DNA from: Dicyema japonicum
Taxonomy: Eukaryota; Animalia; Dicyemida
Assembly (NCBI GenBank): GCA_011109175.1
Contig: RDEW01000006.1
Coordinates: 1,634,133 to 1,698,132 of the forward strand
DNA length: 64,000 nt
Direction: 5' to 3'
In this document: positions 26,131-39,600 of the stretch, piece after piece
Layout: the number at the start of each line of letters is the position of its first letter
How positions within the stretch are numbered: position 1 is the stretch's first letter
The notes under the pieces: generated by a model
Database searches by the model: none
Told to the model about the DNA's origin: nothing
Seen by the model: the letters and a program-made list of their open reading frames with translations, nothing else
Program-made: the position numbers and the translations under genes

Positions 26131-28439
26131 TTCATTATGCTCACCAAGAGGTTAGCATACTTCCACCACTTCAATATTTAGACCTTCCCAGAAGTTGTTC
26201 ATACACGTGAAATTACATACTAGGAGCTTTCCAGCCGCGAAAAAAGTGATTATTCCATCTGCCATGTTACTCTGTCAGCATTCCAAGATTGCGATTAATA
26301 CACGAAATCTCATATCTCAATTGTTCACCCACTACAAATCTATCCGTAATAAAGCGACTATATGGAAGCCACGTGACTAGTTAAAGATACACTTTCAAGA
26401 AATGATCTTAAATGTTGAGTAAAATTTCGACGAAAGGCAAACACATGAAGCACACGAAAAAGAAAAGCAAGGAAAGAAATTTCGGCGAAGATCAGAGGCC
26501 GAGGCCATCCTGAAAGGTCGGGAGTTTGCACTGCCTCGAGCCTGGACAGTTGAGCTAAATATTATATTTGAGTTGATGGTGTTTAGGATGTCCCTGTGCA
26601 TGAAAGATGACTAGTTTCCCAGAACGAAGAGTAAAAAAGACAATTTTCAGCAGGATGAATTAAATTTGTGAATCACGTATCCTTTGCATAGGGACATCTT
26701 AAGCATCGTCGATTCAACCTTATAATCTCTGTTTCTCGGATATAAATTGTAGCAGAGGGTCTTTAAAGGAAAGAGCTCTCCCATCATTACCAAAGTAAAT
26801 CTTAAGAATTAAGATTCACCTACTTCCCGATTCTTTATCCGCTAGACTGATCTCTAAAGCTTCGGCAACAAACACTAAATTTTGGCCGAAATAGAAATGT
26901 GATAATCAAAGACTCCTTAGAGGTGACAATGACATGGAGGTTTTCCAAAACAGAGTCATAAGGACCTCCGTCATCCATATATGTTGAACAGGGAAAGCAC
27001 AGTGTATGCAACATTATAGACAGTCAGGTCAAAAAGGAGTGCTCCAAGCGGGTCCCTCGTTGGAAACCGATCTGAGAACACATAATATTATTTTCGAAAA
27101 CATCTCTACTGTCCGAACCATATTCTAGGTCGGCAATATCCATATCTCTTAAACCCTGCCGTTCGTGTATGGTGTCTAAAAGCTCACTATTCTGTCCGAA
27201 GGGGGATGAAAATTTATAAACGTGATAAAGCTGAGCATTAGTGCAAATAAGGAACATAATCTGCTCTTTCATCTTTGACCGACCACCCTATCGACAAATT
27301 GACTTCAAAAGAAATGGTATTACAAGTCTTAATGTAGATGGAGTTTCTTCAACCGTCTCTCTCCACATGTACTGTTTTCTGATGCATATTACACGAGTCC
27401 GAGGTTAGACTTTCTTGTAAGAAATTCTTCATTCGTTCTCTGTGATTTCTTTTATTAGAGTTAAGTGGTCTTTTCCAAAGGGAAATCTTTATAACTGCCT
27501 TTCTCAATATCGGCCTTTAGCTTGGGGAAAAGATCATTTTCCAGGCCCATAGATCAGAGACGGTATTAGCACTTATGAAAAGACAATGAGGAACGTCTTT
27601 TTTATTTACACAGCAAGTCGTCTTTTGGATATTGTTTTTGACTGAAAAAGTTCGTCATTTGAGTAAATTAAAATTCTCGTGTTTTTTTTTGCCATGACAA
27701 TGTTGAACAGTGGATGACTGAGGATTGTTCTCTGTATAACTCCACTTTTGTCCATGTCTGAGATACAAGTATACTATGTTCGGAAAGTTCATTATCTGTT
27801 TATCCAGTTTTTTATATATTCAATGACATCATTGGAGACCAAGGCAAAGAAAGTAGGTCCATGGATAAGATTTCTTCCAAAAAAGCACACTTATATCATA
27901 ATAAGCGACCACTTCGATAATAGACTCATCTGGGGTTTTGTCAGAACTTTTTGAATCAAGAGCTTCTGCAGTTTTTCAGTACTCAAAAGACGTTATAGGA
28001 AGACTCAGACAAGTTGATTGGTAAGAAATAGGAAAGTCATCAGCTGATTATCAGAATTAATATCAATTAAATTCTACGGTCGGCAACTGCTATAAGTCCT
28101 TCCATGGGAAATCTGAAGTCCATCCAGAACCAGAGGAGATAAAAAAGAGAGACCAAATTTTAGAAATTATGTTCGAGACCCCTATATGTTCCACTCGAAA
28201 AGAGAGGGGCTTCGAACAGTAGGAAATGGTGGAATTTTACGGATTTAAACACCGATAGCAACTTAGCCTTAATATGTGTAGAAATCCCTCAAAGAAATGA
28301 ACCATTGTTGTAAGGGAAGGGTAAATGATCCCTTTCATGGCCATCGTGGTACTGGAGACCACATATGACAAATGTGTCACATAAAACCGCGTAAATCAAC
28401 CTCTGAAACAAAGAAATAAGAAGAGTTATCTTCAACCTA

Positions 28440-28500
28440 ATAACCAGTGGGGAATCGAGCCCATGTCCTCCAAGGTAGATAGCATCATCTTAAGCAAAGT
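28440..28500 (-). other. Degenerate tRNA-like B-box segment (a similar A/B-box pair at 29285-29340 +)
   Basis: tgggctcgattcccc T-arm-like hairpin; tggctagttgg...ggattcaag at 29285-29330. Confidence 0.35.
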
Positions 28501-30899
28501 AATACATCTTTAGAAATAGGCAACCATCACAAATCGAGATAAAAGCATTAAATTTGAAATATACATCAAATAATACTAGTCACCTTTGCCGTTCATGCCT
28601 CCTATTGTCCCTCCGTTCTGAGTCTCTTCTATCACGTCGGTCTCTCCTTTCATTCTCCTTCTATTTACTCATTGCGTAATTTTTCCACCGACCTGCTTCC
28701 ACAATGTCTTCTCCAATCCTTGGCACTAACTGACACTATTCCACTAGGCTCTTCCTTCACGATTTTGACACTTTGAACATCAAATATCTCCGATCGGGGA
28801 CCTCCGTGTTTTACATCCTCACAAACTTAGCGACAACCTTCTCAACGTTTTCCGTATCAACACGGATTATCTTATAGAGGGAAATCCCAGGAATCTCGTT
28901 CTGCCTAAATCTATACATGGCATGTCCACCTCCTCAGGGCTGTCTCACCAGAATTTCCGTTCTTTGACATTCGTTTGTGAAATTCCACGAGTACTGCACA
29001 ATTCCCACGTTTTCGACCAGTGTGAGTGTCTGCAGGTACAACCTTATAATCTAAATCAACTATTCCTGCTACTCTATGGGGAAATTAGGAGAACACAGCG
29101 AATCCAGCTCTTTCAGGATCTTCCTTTCAGTTTCTGTCAGTTCCTGTTTAAACGAGACTTAATATTTGTCTAAATATTTATAGGAAAATTATATAACTTA
29201 TTGCATAATAATTATGTTAGTAAAAAGTATATATTTCTCCTGAAAATCTATTTTTGGCCACGTGGCGCTATGTGATGCTAAGTGGCTAGTTGGTTGAGTT
29301 TGGAAGCTCAGGCACGTAGGATTCAAGTTTAGTCAAAAGTTAGTAGACTTGGGAGATCATGTGTAAAAAATTGCACGTATAGGATGGGAGTTAATATAAT
29401 TTCATTTAATTCGCTATAATAACAATTTTAACTATATGATTAATTCGGATTGATAAATATTAGGATCTCTGTATTGTTGGTTGACAAATTCTCATTATTT
29501 TTAAGTGAAAACTAACATTTACTAGACCTTTGATCATCCTGATCATGCAGACGCGCTGGAAACTGTTTGGTCATTTTCTAAGAATGGAGCGAGACACATC
29601 AGCAAACATCATCATGGAACAATTTTCTAAGCAACATGGAAAACAACGTTACCGAAGTCCTTAATGGTGACCTGAGACCAGTGAATAGAACACTAAGGGA
29701 CGATAAAGACCTCAGTAGTCTGCAGAGCCCAGGATCAAACAGGAGAAGATGGGAGAGACTAGTATTGAAGATCATACAGACGCGGCACGAATAGAATTAT
29801 ATCGAAACGACAATCTCATGAGACTCATATGTAAATAGACAGGGATCTTCTCAGGATAAATTCATTATGGTAATCCAAGTCTAAGGTAAACAGACGATTC
29901 TGTCTTGGTAGACTACATGCAACATAGAGACACAAGATAGTCACTCTCGAAATTCATAAAGTCCTCGGATATGAATAAGGAAGAGAAGAATTTTTATAAG
30001 AATTTCACAAACATTGGGAATTTATGTAAGGAATTGGACCAAAAGGAAGTATTCTTAAGAATATGATGGGGGATGAGCTATGAAATGACTTTCATTCGAA
30101 ACACCCGAATTTGGGTGATTTTTACATTTTAGTAACTTACTCGGATTCCAATGAGTTTCCTCAAAATCAAGCATGTGTATTCGAATTTCATAATGAATTC
30201 GTCGTGGTCACAGAATAGATAAGAAATGTAACTGAACGTGATAAAATACAGTGCATATAAAAAATCGTAAAATCCAACCGAATTGAGTCATAAACTGCTT
30301 GCGAGAGATGCGCGTACCCAATCCACAATAAAATTCGATTTGACTAAAAAAGATTGAAGGTCAATCGTCACGATCTTGATATATTCATATACAACTTAGA
30401 AATTGTTATTGACGGAACTTAAAGTAACCCACAACCTTCCCAGGTGGTTAGGAATCGTCACTAAACTTGAAATTGAAACAAATCCTTACTTTGAGAGTCA
30501 ATACATAATATTATTCAGAATTGACTCATAATCTGTTTTTAATTTACAATTTGACGGACAGCTAAAGAGAGTTGCACATTCTTCATCCAAAATAGAAGGA
30601 CTCGTTGATAAACTGTGTTTTAACTAATTTAATTATCCCCATTCAAGCGGTTGAATAAACTTGTTACATTTGGTGGTAAATACATTGGCTCGATATTTTT
30701 TATATATAATCTGGCGGTTAGGTAAATCTTAGGACTGGAGCCGGACTGTGTTTCGATAAAATTCCTGCTTGCGAATTCAGCATACGGAAAGTCCTTTGAT
30801 ATAATTTGTCAAGTTTTTCGAATTTCATATCGAGGTGTTACTTATTTTTTAAGGTGCTAGGGTTAAGCCTTTTTCCAGTGTTTCGTCAATTTTAGTGGG

Positions 30900-31640
30900 T
30901 TGTATAATAAATGCAATTTCAAAGAAGTCTCTGTCACGTGTGATCTTTACCAATGTTGATTGAAGTGAGGACAGATGGGAGACAGTTTTGCAGAGCAGGG
31001 AAATTGCTGCATAAAATAGCTGTCGTTGTGAATGCTAATTTGTTGATCTGTCCATCCAGTGTTTTGTTGTCTTAAAGTAAATGTCATAAAGTAATCGCTG
31101 GAATTACTTTCAACAATTTGATCATATCCGAGATATTCAGGTAATCCTAGATTATATTTTTCTGCCAGTTTTTGAGGATAAACCTCCTGAGAAAATATGG
31201 AACCTTCCACGAAAACTCTCGGCTCATAATTTGGGTGCTGTCAGTGAAATGAGCGTGTCCGGCTGGAGAGGCTGATTTATGTTGTCTCATCACCTCCACT
31301 CAAGAAGAATATCAATTCTCACATTCTGGAGTGTCATTTTTGATAAATTGAGTGAGGATCAAATGTAGGGACAGAGCTCTATTGAATCGAAACCCGAATA
31401 CACTGGCAACGACAAGATTGATTCAACTATCCACCAATTCTTGAATTTCATTCACTTCAGTGACCCCAGTCCATTGATGTTGGCTCAATAAATTTGTCTG
31501 GCTTTCTGATCTTTTCGGAAAGTAGATGTGGGATTTATAACTATTTATAGAAACCAATGGTTCACAAATAAAATCAGGTTCCTAGCACATACAAGTACAT
31601 CACCTCAGCTGTTGTCGGAACGACGCAACCCCCACATTTT
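30900..31640 (-). pseudogene. Unidentified gene remnant downstream of an AT island
   Basis: Long coding-like frames with few stops (including ORF 30947-31210), a 22-nt GT-AG segment (gtgatgtacttgtatgtgctag) near the 5' end, and an AT island at 31645-31695 upstream. No family recognised. Confidence 0.35.
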
Positions 31641-31859
31641 CACAAAAAAATTTTTATTAATTAATTTATTTTTTTTTTATTAAACAAAACATAATTCCGT
31701 ACGATCACGAAGATCTGACTTTCACAGTCGATTCAGAAATTACACTGTAGAGGATCCTATGGCATGGAAGTCCATAGCGAGTAGAATAAACTGAATTCCA
31801 TTGGTTAGTCAGCATAATTTTTTCTCTTCAACATTTCGGCTTTTATAGTGGCTCCAGAG

Positions 31860-32125
31860 GCAATTTGATGTAGGTTGCAAAAGGCGAATGTGTTGGGTCA
31901 GGTACCAGAAAGAGGTTTCCGCTTCAAAGAGGAAATCGTCATCTCATCGGGTCATCTTCCCGCAATGCAAATACAGACTGGTTCGAGCATAGTAGGGTGT
32001 CTGGCAGCATCCAAAGCTCGTCTAACGACTTTATTCAGGGCTATGTGTCTGGGAGATCTGGCCGCACTCTTCCTACAGGAGATTGGGTGCAGGCCAAAGC
32101 AGTTAATCTGGTCCGCGCATCGGTA
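31860..32125 (-). mobile_element. CRE-clade REL fragment
   Basis: SCRKSAARSPRHIALNKVVRRALDAARHPTMLEPV. Confidence 0.82.
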
Positions 32126-33339
32126 AACTTAATTAAGTAACTTTCAATCCGAACAGTAATGAGATCCTAATACGAACAAATTCATCAATAGAAAGGTACC
32201 AGCTATCAAGTAGAATGACGAAAATGCCTATCACTCGCATAAATCGGGGACCACCGAAAATTCCCACCAAAATTAATTTATTAACAATATAAATATTTAT
32301 TTTATTTTAATTATAGATTATAAATAATTCGAATTATTTCTGAGTGAATTTGTTTGTGTGTGATGTATAATTGTCGGAATCTTTATACATTCAACTAGTT
32401 GTTTTTAACTTTTCTCGGTGTCCGGGGTTAATAAATAAATAATTGTCGCCCTATCAAATCAGTGGTTAACATATTTGTTAATAATGTGGAGGTACCAACT
32501 GCAGTAATGGAATAAAGTAATTCTTTACCGAAAAGACACAAGAAGGCGTGAAGTTAAGCTAAAAACTCTACAGGGTTAGTGAACGGGTACCATCGAATCG
32601 ATAAAGGTCAGATTATCTGAAATATCTTTATGGAGTGAGAAGAAGCTGATCAATGACAAAGATCGATAGCTTGAGATTTGTAATGACCCTACGAAGATTT
32701 TCGAGATGAAGACTTTTGATGAACAGCAGTATTTAAATATATAGACAGAATCCTGAATATGGAATATATATGACACCGAATGGGCCGTGCGGGGGCATAG
32801 GGATACTGAAGTAGTGTATAAAGTGTAGTCTCTGATAACGTGAATCTCCACCAACAGAGGCATACTCCACAGCCGGGAAGAAGCTTCCTCAGGACTGTGT
32901 CGAAAGCCTTGTTTATGTCGACGGAGACCACTGGTTCCCGTGTATGGTGTGGAAATGTCGACTAGAGAACTAAGAATATTGTAACTCCAATTAAAGATAA
33001 CGGAGACAGTGATCTTGATATGTATTCAGTGCAGTTTAATAAATGTGTTATATTTCGGAGACTGGGAGCATAGAGGGACAATTTGCTCTAAACTATAATA
33101 AATTGATATTCTTTAGTGAACAAAACTTCGTGGACTGTTCATCTTACGGTGATAATGGTTGTAGTGGAGGATTATGAGATACTACTTTGATTATGTCCGA
33201 GATAATTGCGGACTTGATACTGGAAAATGTACTACTACAAAGGAGATGAAATATTACGATTGGTTGACCTATAGTCGAATCAATGCTATTATAAACCCTT
33301 CCCATTAAAATTGAACGGATACACAAGTATTAAAAGTCA

Positions 33340-33635
33340 AAACAAGACTGATGGTCGCTGGGCTGAAATTGGTACAGATTCTGTAAGCTTAGACGTTTTA
33401 AATTTTTTTTCATATTCCGAAGGTATAGTACTTTATAGCTTAGGTGTATACTGAAAACGCCTGTGATCCATACCGTTTGGATCACTGAGTTCTAGTTGTG
33501 TATATGGAGTAGAAGATTGCATTGACTACTGGCTTGTAAAAAATTTGGGGAGAAAATGGTTACATCAAAATGTCCCCTGATCGAAACAATAATTGTGGGA
33601 TTGCCACTGCTTCGTCATATTCCATAATCAATTAT
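33340..33635 (+). pseudogene. Papain-family cysteine protease (cathepsin L-like) C-terminal fragment
   Basis: GVY...C....[42 protein letters not shown], with a stop and frameshifts. An intron-like 21-nt GT-AG lies at 33423-33443. Confidence 0.82.
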
Positions 33636-34379
33636 CCATTAACAATAAATTAACACCATAATTTTTAGTTTGGTAGTAATATTGTATAACACGTGTATGA
33701 ACTGCTTGATATTTTGTTTTTCTTTAAAAGGTTTTTACGAGGACTCTTTCTACTGACGAGAAGTTGATGGCGTGTCATGCTTTGTCGCTAGTTGATGCAC
33801 GAAGAAACATTCTGGTGATATGGCCAGAATTACGTTTCTTATCCAAGATAAGATTAAAATCACGGAAAAAACTGTCTACATTTGAATCGAGGAGGAAATT
33901 TCGAATGGATAATCAAATGCTTGAATTAGTCCTACTACAGGAATTTGAATTGAGGACAACATAATATTAATCCTCGGAAAGTTTTAATACCGGAAAAAAA
34001 TGACTGGCGTTGAAAATGTGTATGTTGAATTCTCGACAAATGTGTTTGAACATACGATTCAATATTTGTAGAATTTGAAGCCCCAGGTTGCGATGGGGCT
34101 TGAATTGTCACGGAGAATAACTCCCTGGAAACTGGTTTTTACTGGAATTAAAAATGTGAAGCGCCACAGTCGCTAAAGGACCTACGCCCTATTACATGCA
34201 TGTCGTCACTCTATAAACTTTTAATAAAGTGTATAAATGCCAAGTTAGTGGATTATTTTCTTCTATTGTCCAAAATATTCAAATAGTTTTCTTTTTCATT
34301 GGCGGAAATTATTATTAGCAATTTCACGAGAACCATAATATCTACTTTATTTAATTCACGAGAGCCCTGCATGTGCAGC

Positions 34380-34900
34380 AAAAAATATAAGAGAAAGAGT
34401 TAGCTTGCTCCAAGCTCTTCTGTTCTTAGCCAGATCTCTCAGTGTGTCCAGGTCACAAGATGGCAATTTTTTTCACGGATTCAGATCGTTTTGTAAAACG
34501 ACCGGAGGGTTGTTCTCGGTCTTCCACGAAAGCGTTTTACATTTGAGAAGGAGTAATCTTACATTGCGATATTCGGGAGGGATATCGGGTCTAACCTCAG
34601 GGCGTGTCCAAAAAGTCTCCAATGAGAGCTAATAATCTCGAGACTTAATGGTGTACAGTCCATTCCGCGAGATCTTGGAGGATATTCCAGTTATGTTTCT
34701 TAGATGATTCCTGTGAAACGAGTCTAGCCTCTCCAATTCCTCTTTTTGAGGTGCCCCAGGCCCCAGAGTTGTATAGGAGGATTGGTTTGATTAAGGTGTC
34801 ATATAACATTATCCTTTGTTTTATGTTATTACCTTTCCGTTTTAACCATAGGTTTTTCAGCCTGTGTAATGCCGGACGCATCTTCGACGAAGCAATGGTT
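34380..34900 (-). mobile_element. RTE-like LINE C-terminal fragment (others at 2560-3100 -, 7790-8010 +, 29540-29900 +, 51540-51700 +, 60700-60890 -, 61520-62000 -)
   Basis: LYDTLIKPILLYNSGAWG here; DLDRIRDMAKSRQSWKKLT at 7940-8000; VIYADDVDLI at 61700 (-). Confidence 0.75.
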
Positions 34901-35270
34901 TATTTAAAAATACATGCAAACCCAAAAACATATTCCAATACGAAGAATACATTGCAAAATTATATAAAAATGTTTACTGATTGTTTTTCTATTGATCTTT
35001 ATAAAACATTTTACCTGCAAATATACCGCTTTATAAGCTACTAAACCCTGCAATTTCCCCAAATATGTTTATTTTCTATCTATTCTGTTCTTTTTTGAAA
35101 CCATATTCCCTGATATTGTAAAGTCTCTCGATGAACCGATGGTTTCAAAAATTATTTAAAAAATTTCAAATGGACTAGGTGGATAATAAGTTGTTAACTG
35201 CACTAGGCTAAAAATTTATTATTAAATTGCAGCTTTTTCCAATGGATAAGGCTAATTTCATAATTTAGAG

Positions 35271-35310
35271 CAGTGCTTCTCGACCTTTTTTTCCAATCCA
35301 CCCTATGAAA
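35271..35310 (+). mobile_element. Orphan left end of a Buster-type MITE
   Basis: cagtgcttctcgaccttttttt preceded by atttagag (nnnTAnnn). No right end was found. Confidence 0.55.
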
Positions 35311-36689
35311 AAAAAATTCGTAAAAATTAATTATCACTTGCCAAATTCAGGAATCACTCCTGTGTATCTTAGGAATCATTGTACTATTCTTCTTTGGAAT
35401 CACTTCCTCAAGCAATTTCTTAGCATTTGAAATGCTCTTGGTGCCTGAAAACCTCCCGTTAAAAGTGTCTGCAATCAAATGCCAGCCACCGCGAGGAATC
35501 CTCCCGAATCTTGTTTTGGAAAACCGACAACTACACTCGTCCACTAGCACTTGTCATTAGAATCTCTCCTTGTTTGCGGACATGAGGTGAATTTTACACT
35601 GTGACACGTCGAATATCCAAATCTATATTTTCAAACTCATTTGGTTCAATATTATCCAATATAGTAATTATAGTGACGATGCGTATTCATTTATGGCTTT
35701 AAACAAGTTTGCAGCATTGAGCTATGTATGCACAAAGTTTATAATCCTCTTTCTCACATTTTCAGTAATAGTGTTCAAGATTTATGTTTCACTACTTCCT
35801 TGTCGTCTAAAACACCGAGGTACCGATAGCTTTCGTGTCCATCCAGACATTTCACTCATGGATTCAAGATTGGTTGCCGACTTTGATAGAAGAATAATTA
35901 CAGAAACTTTTGTGATCTCTCGAAAGCTGCAGCAGCAGTGACTTTATCAATGCTACTTCCTCGAACCTAAACAAGCACAGATATAGCGTAGAACTGAGTG
36001 CTAATAGTTGCACGAGAACCCACCTCTGTTTTCACGGATTCTGTATTTAGAGGGAATGGGTGAATATTTCTTACAATAAGTCCATCGGTCCGTAACTTTG
36101 AATACCCTCTTCGACTATTTCTGATCTTCAAGGCATTTGTCTAAGAGATGGAAGCACTCGACAAGGCGCATGTGTAAGAAATGCTTCCTCAAAATACTGT
36201 TTTGATAGCTTCTATGGTAGAGTGATCAAAAAACAGATAAATATACTTTGACTGTCCGAGGAAATCATGCCTTCTCCGACCGAGAAGGATTCTAGCCAAA
36301 GTTTTAGTTTCGAAAGCCTTGTTTATGTCATTAAAGCAAGACGTCATTGTATGTTATATCTATCATCTTTGAATACATGTTGAAGTACCAGTTTGGGAGA
36401 CCGGTCTACAGTCGTGATAGAGTTTTTTTTGATTGAGTTATATTCCCAATCAACGAGTTAAGGCCCTAGAGTAGGTGTTTGTGAGCTTAATACAATCCTC
36501 GCGTCGTTTTCAGCAAACTCTGTCGATTCCATTTTCCTACTGTGAAATAAATACACGTTTCACATGAAATAGACAATTTAAGTGAATTTCTGGCTAGAAA
36601 TTATATTGTCATATACCACTAGTCATAGATCTGCAGAATCAGTGATTAGAGGACAAATCTGTCACGTTGGATTTCCAAATCTGTTTCAC

Positions 36690-37050
36690 GAAAACCCTGG
36701 CTGTTGTTTCAGACGGTAGTGGGTAAGTTTCCTATTCAAAATGTGCAACAAGGAAGGGTGCCTCATCTTATAGAGAGGAATATTTAGAGACCAAGGGTAA
36801 AACCAAACTAATTCATCCATCCTTATGCATTCCAGTAAAACCCTCATCCAAGCACAGTGATCCAGAGGACATTGTACATCGAGCTGAGGTCGATAACAGA
36901 ACTCATCGTCAGGGAGCGAAATGGTGACTCGTGAACTAAAAATGGATCCTTTCAAATGCCGGCCAAACATTGACATCTCCTGAGAGGGTGGATTCGACCA
37001 GAAGGAAGAAATTGAAATCCTCAATCAATTAGCCACATGAAGCCACGCAA
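36690..37050 (-). mobile_element. Probable CRE post-RT fragment; family members at 40150-40510 (-), 44400-44560 (-), 51900-52140 (+), 56700-56880 (-), 57460-57665 (-)
   Basis: Shared nucleotide blocks (ggaaggaagagaaatcttcaatcaagtagccacatgg; ggccaaacattgacatctcctgag; gatccagaggacatt). Translation LKISLPS.GG resembles the CRE W.QATLP..GGLG motif. Confidence 0.65.
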
Positions 37051-37132
37051 CCTATAAAAATTATTATTTATTTAATTAAAAAAATTATTTATTTATGAAG
37101 GTAATAATAATATAACCAAGGTAAGGAATATA

Positions 37133-38661
37133 ATGAAGGTTAAAAAAACTAAAAAGTATTAAATTAACAATATAAAGAAAAGTGCCAAAACAAAAAAAGT
37201 TCAGTCCAAAGGCCTATGCGAAGCTGTGGAACCACAAATTATACTCAATGGAGGGATCTCGTACATTTTTCATGTATATTCTGAAATATAACCAGGAATC
37301 AAAATTCCGAATTGTTAAAGGAAAATGAGACACTAAAACAAAAATTCGAGTCAGTCAACAAAGAAATGAACGAAATTTTAGGGTACTTTAACGAACAGGA
37401 AATCCAAAAGGAAAATCGAGTATTTTTATTTTTCAACGAAGATCAAAGACGTGGAGACAAAAGCCGCAGAGAATTCAGTCTCACTTCAGGATAAAATCGA
37501 TACGATAGTTAGAGATAAATTTATTTAGACTAAAGAGTCTCAGGAAGAAATCAAACAGATTAGGGAGAGGGCTGAAGAAACTGAGAGGGAGTTCGAACAG
37601 GTCCGCTCTGAACTGAACTCCCTGAACGAATTCTACAATATGAGAGAGAAGATAGCCAACGAAATGGAGACGGTAAGTTCTAGTTTAAGGATAGATCAAA
37701 GATTCGGTCGAAAGAACTCTGCAGGAGCACAGAAAGGAAGTCGAGAACATTAAGAAGGAGCATCAAAAAGAACTGGTAACCAAAATCCACAATTTAGTCA
37801 AAAATAAAAGAGTACATGTTGAGGGAGATAGAGAGAATCAAATTGAGGGCTTTGGACGAGGCTTTGAGGTTTTGATAAAGGGGGACAATAGAAACATTCA
37901 AGAAGCCGAAAAGGTGGTGTACAAAGAGAATCTGCGACTGAGTGATCTCGCAGTCGAAAATAATGCAGTGATCGCTAAACTAAGAGCTCGTCTTCATCTG
38001 AAAGGACAGGATATTTTGGATCTTAAAAATGAAAACGAAATTTTGAGCAAAGACATGAAAATTCTGGCCATCAACAAATTTAAAAGTCGAGAAGATAACC
38101 AAAGGGTACTGACGACCGATTATTGTTAGTTGGAGTACAAAGTAAACGAGTTGGAGGAGATCTCCAATACCATGAGGAAAGAGCATAGAGTGACCAACGA
38201 GGGGATTAATCAGAAGTGGAGGAAAGACACCAAAGAGTGTGTTGAAGAGAATAATAAACTGAAGCTCATCTTGAAGGAAGTCCTCAGGGAGAACAAAGCT
38301 GTACGAGTGGTCAATATTTGAAGCTCAAAAAGCTCTCTTCCAGGCAACTCAAGTCCAGAACGGATATTGAAAAGTTCTTTCTTGAAAGTCTTGATTATGC
38401 AAGAGATCGATCGGACCTGGACACGTGGCATAATAGATTTAATTTAAAGAGAGGAGACTGGCTCAAAACAGCTCAGATTACCGTCACTGAATTTGTCTAA
38501 AAGAAGTGAGATTGTTGATAGCAACAGGTACTCGATATTTGAAATTTATTTATTTAATTATTTAAAAAATAAATAATTTGAAATTTAGATTTGAGAATTT
38601 AACGTGGGAACAGAAAGAAAAGATTATTAGATATATGTTTGCTAGAATTAACAGCAACTAA
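37133..38661 (+). CDS. BBOF1: Basal body-orientation factor 1 (CCDC176/DUF4515) coiled-coil ciliary protein, intact, 12 introns, about 406 aa
   Basis: Removing GT-AG introns at 37156-37177, 37274-37295, 37420-37441, 37508-37528, 37673-37694, 37776-37797, 37869-37891, 38106-38129, 38301-38323, 38425-38449, 38483-38503 (21-25 nt) and 38528-38588 (61 nt) gives a 1221-nt open frame ending in TAA. Motifs KAYAKLWNHKL, ALDEALRNIQEAEKVVYKENLRL, RTDIEKFFLESL and NLTWEQKEKIIRYMFARIN match BBOF1 (KANASLWEARL; AHHEAIVQLNDAGRNVFKENVYL; RTEVERFFLDAL; DLTWEQKEKVLRLLFAKMN). Introns 10-11 are inferred from frame only. An alternative ATG at 37095 is possible. Confidence 0.85.
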
Positions 38662-39537
38662 ATTTTAATATAAACTAATATCCTTGATTTTCTAAAATTA
38701 CCCCTCAATTAACCCATAAGAGGTTTTAATAACTGTCGGCAAATCGTTTAGTCTTGGATAACTGAATTCTTGAAGCATCCACGTCAGAATGATACTGAAG
38801 CGACTCGATGGTCGTTGGATTTGAATATCTGTTATTTTTTTCTTTGTTTTTTTTCAAAGCTACTTTATTTAATTCACATACCTTAGAAGAGATAAGACAT
38901 GAACATATACAACCTCTTCATCTGGTTTGCTTCGTCCAAATTGTAATGAGTCTTTCGGACGACTGCATGTGAAGCATTTAGATTCTGGAGGCTCTTTATG
39001 ATGGCATGCGTCCCATTTCTAAAGTAGCAGTGTTTATGTCGAATTTGCCGACATTAAATTGCGGTTTTCAATCGGTCTTCCACATTTTCCAGTTTCAGTT
39101 TAGACTTGGAGGTTAAGGTTGAACTGGATAGTTAGACTTCATTTGGAAATCTATCTACGTATTTACTAACTTTTGTTTGGTCCTAACCCGCAAAGTCCTG
39201 ATGACCCCAGATTTTATTTTTACTTTATTATGAGATCATTTTTAAAAATTACCTTTTTCTTTAAAATATTGATTTTTTGCGGGCAAGCAGATTACCACGG
39301 CCTATCACGTGGTCTCTAAGTTCAAAGCTTTTCCGTGATTCCATTGAATTCAGTTGAGAATTTAAAAAACTTGGATCACGATTGGAGTCTACTTTCAGTT
39401 CTGTTAGGATCAGGTGACACTTGGAGGAGAATCGAATAACGCAACATTTACCAGAATTTTCTACATTTTACGTCTGATATTGATTAATACAATTGAGCGG
39501 GAAACTTTTGTAATTATTTATAAATCAATCTTTAGAT

Positions 39538-39600
39538 CAGTGTTTCTCAACCTTTTTTTCGTATCGCCCCTATTTATTTTTAAACCTCAAGACCACCAAG
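39538..39600 (+). mobile_element. Orphan left end of a Buster-type MITE
   Basis: cagtgtttctcaacctttttttcgtatcgcccc preceded by ctttagat (nnnTAnnn). No matching right end was found. Confidence 0.65.

Noticed and set aside
34082-34105. Hairpin aagcccca-ggttgcga-tggggctt as a terminator
   Set aside because: Eukaryotic context, no U-tract, single occurrence inside LINE debris.
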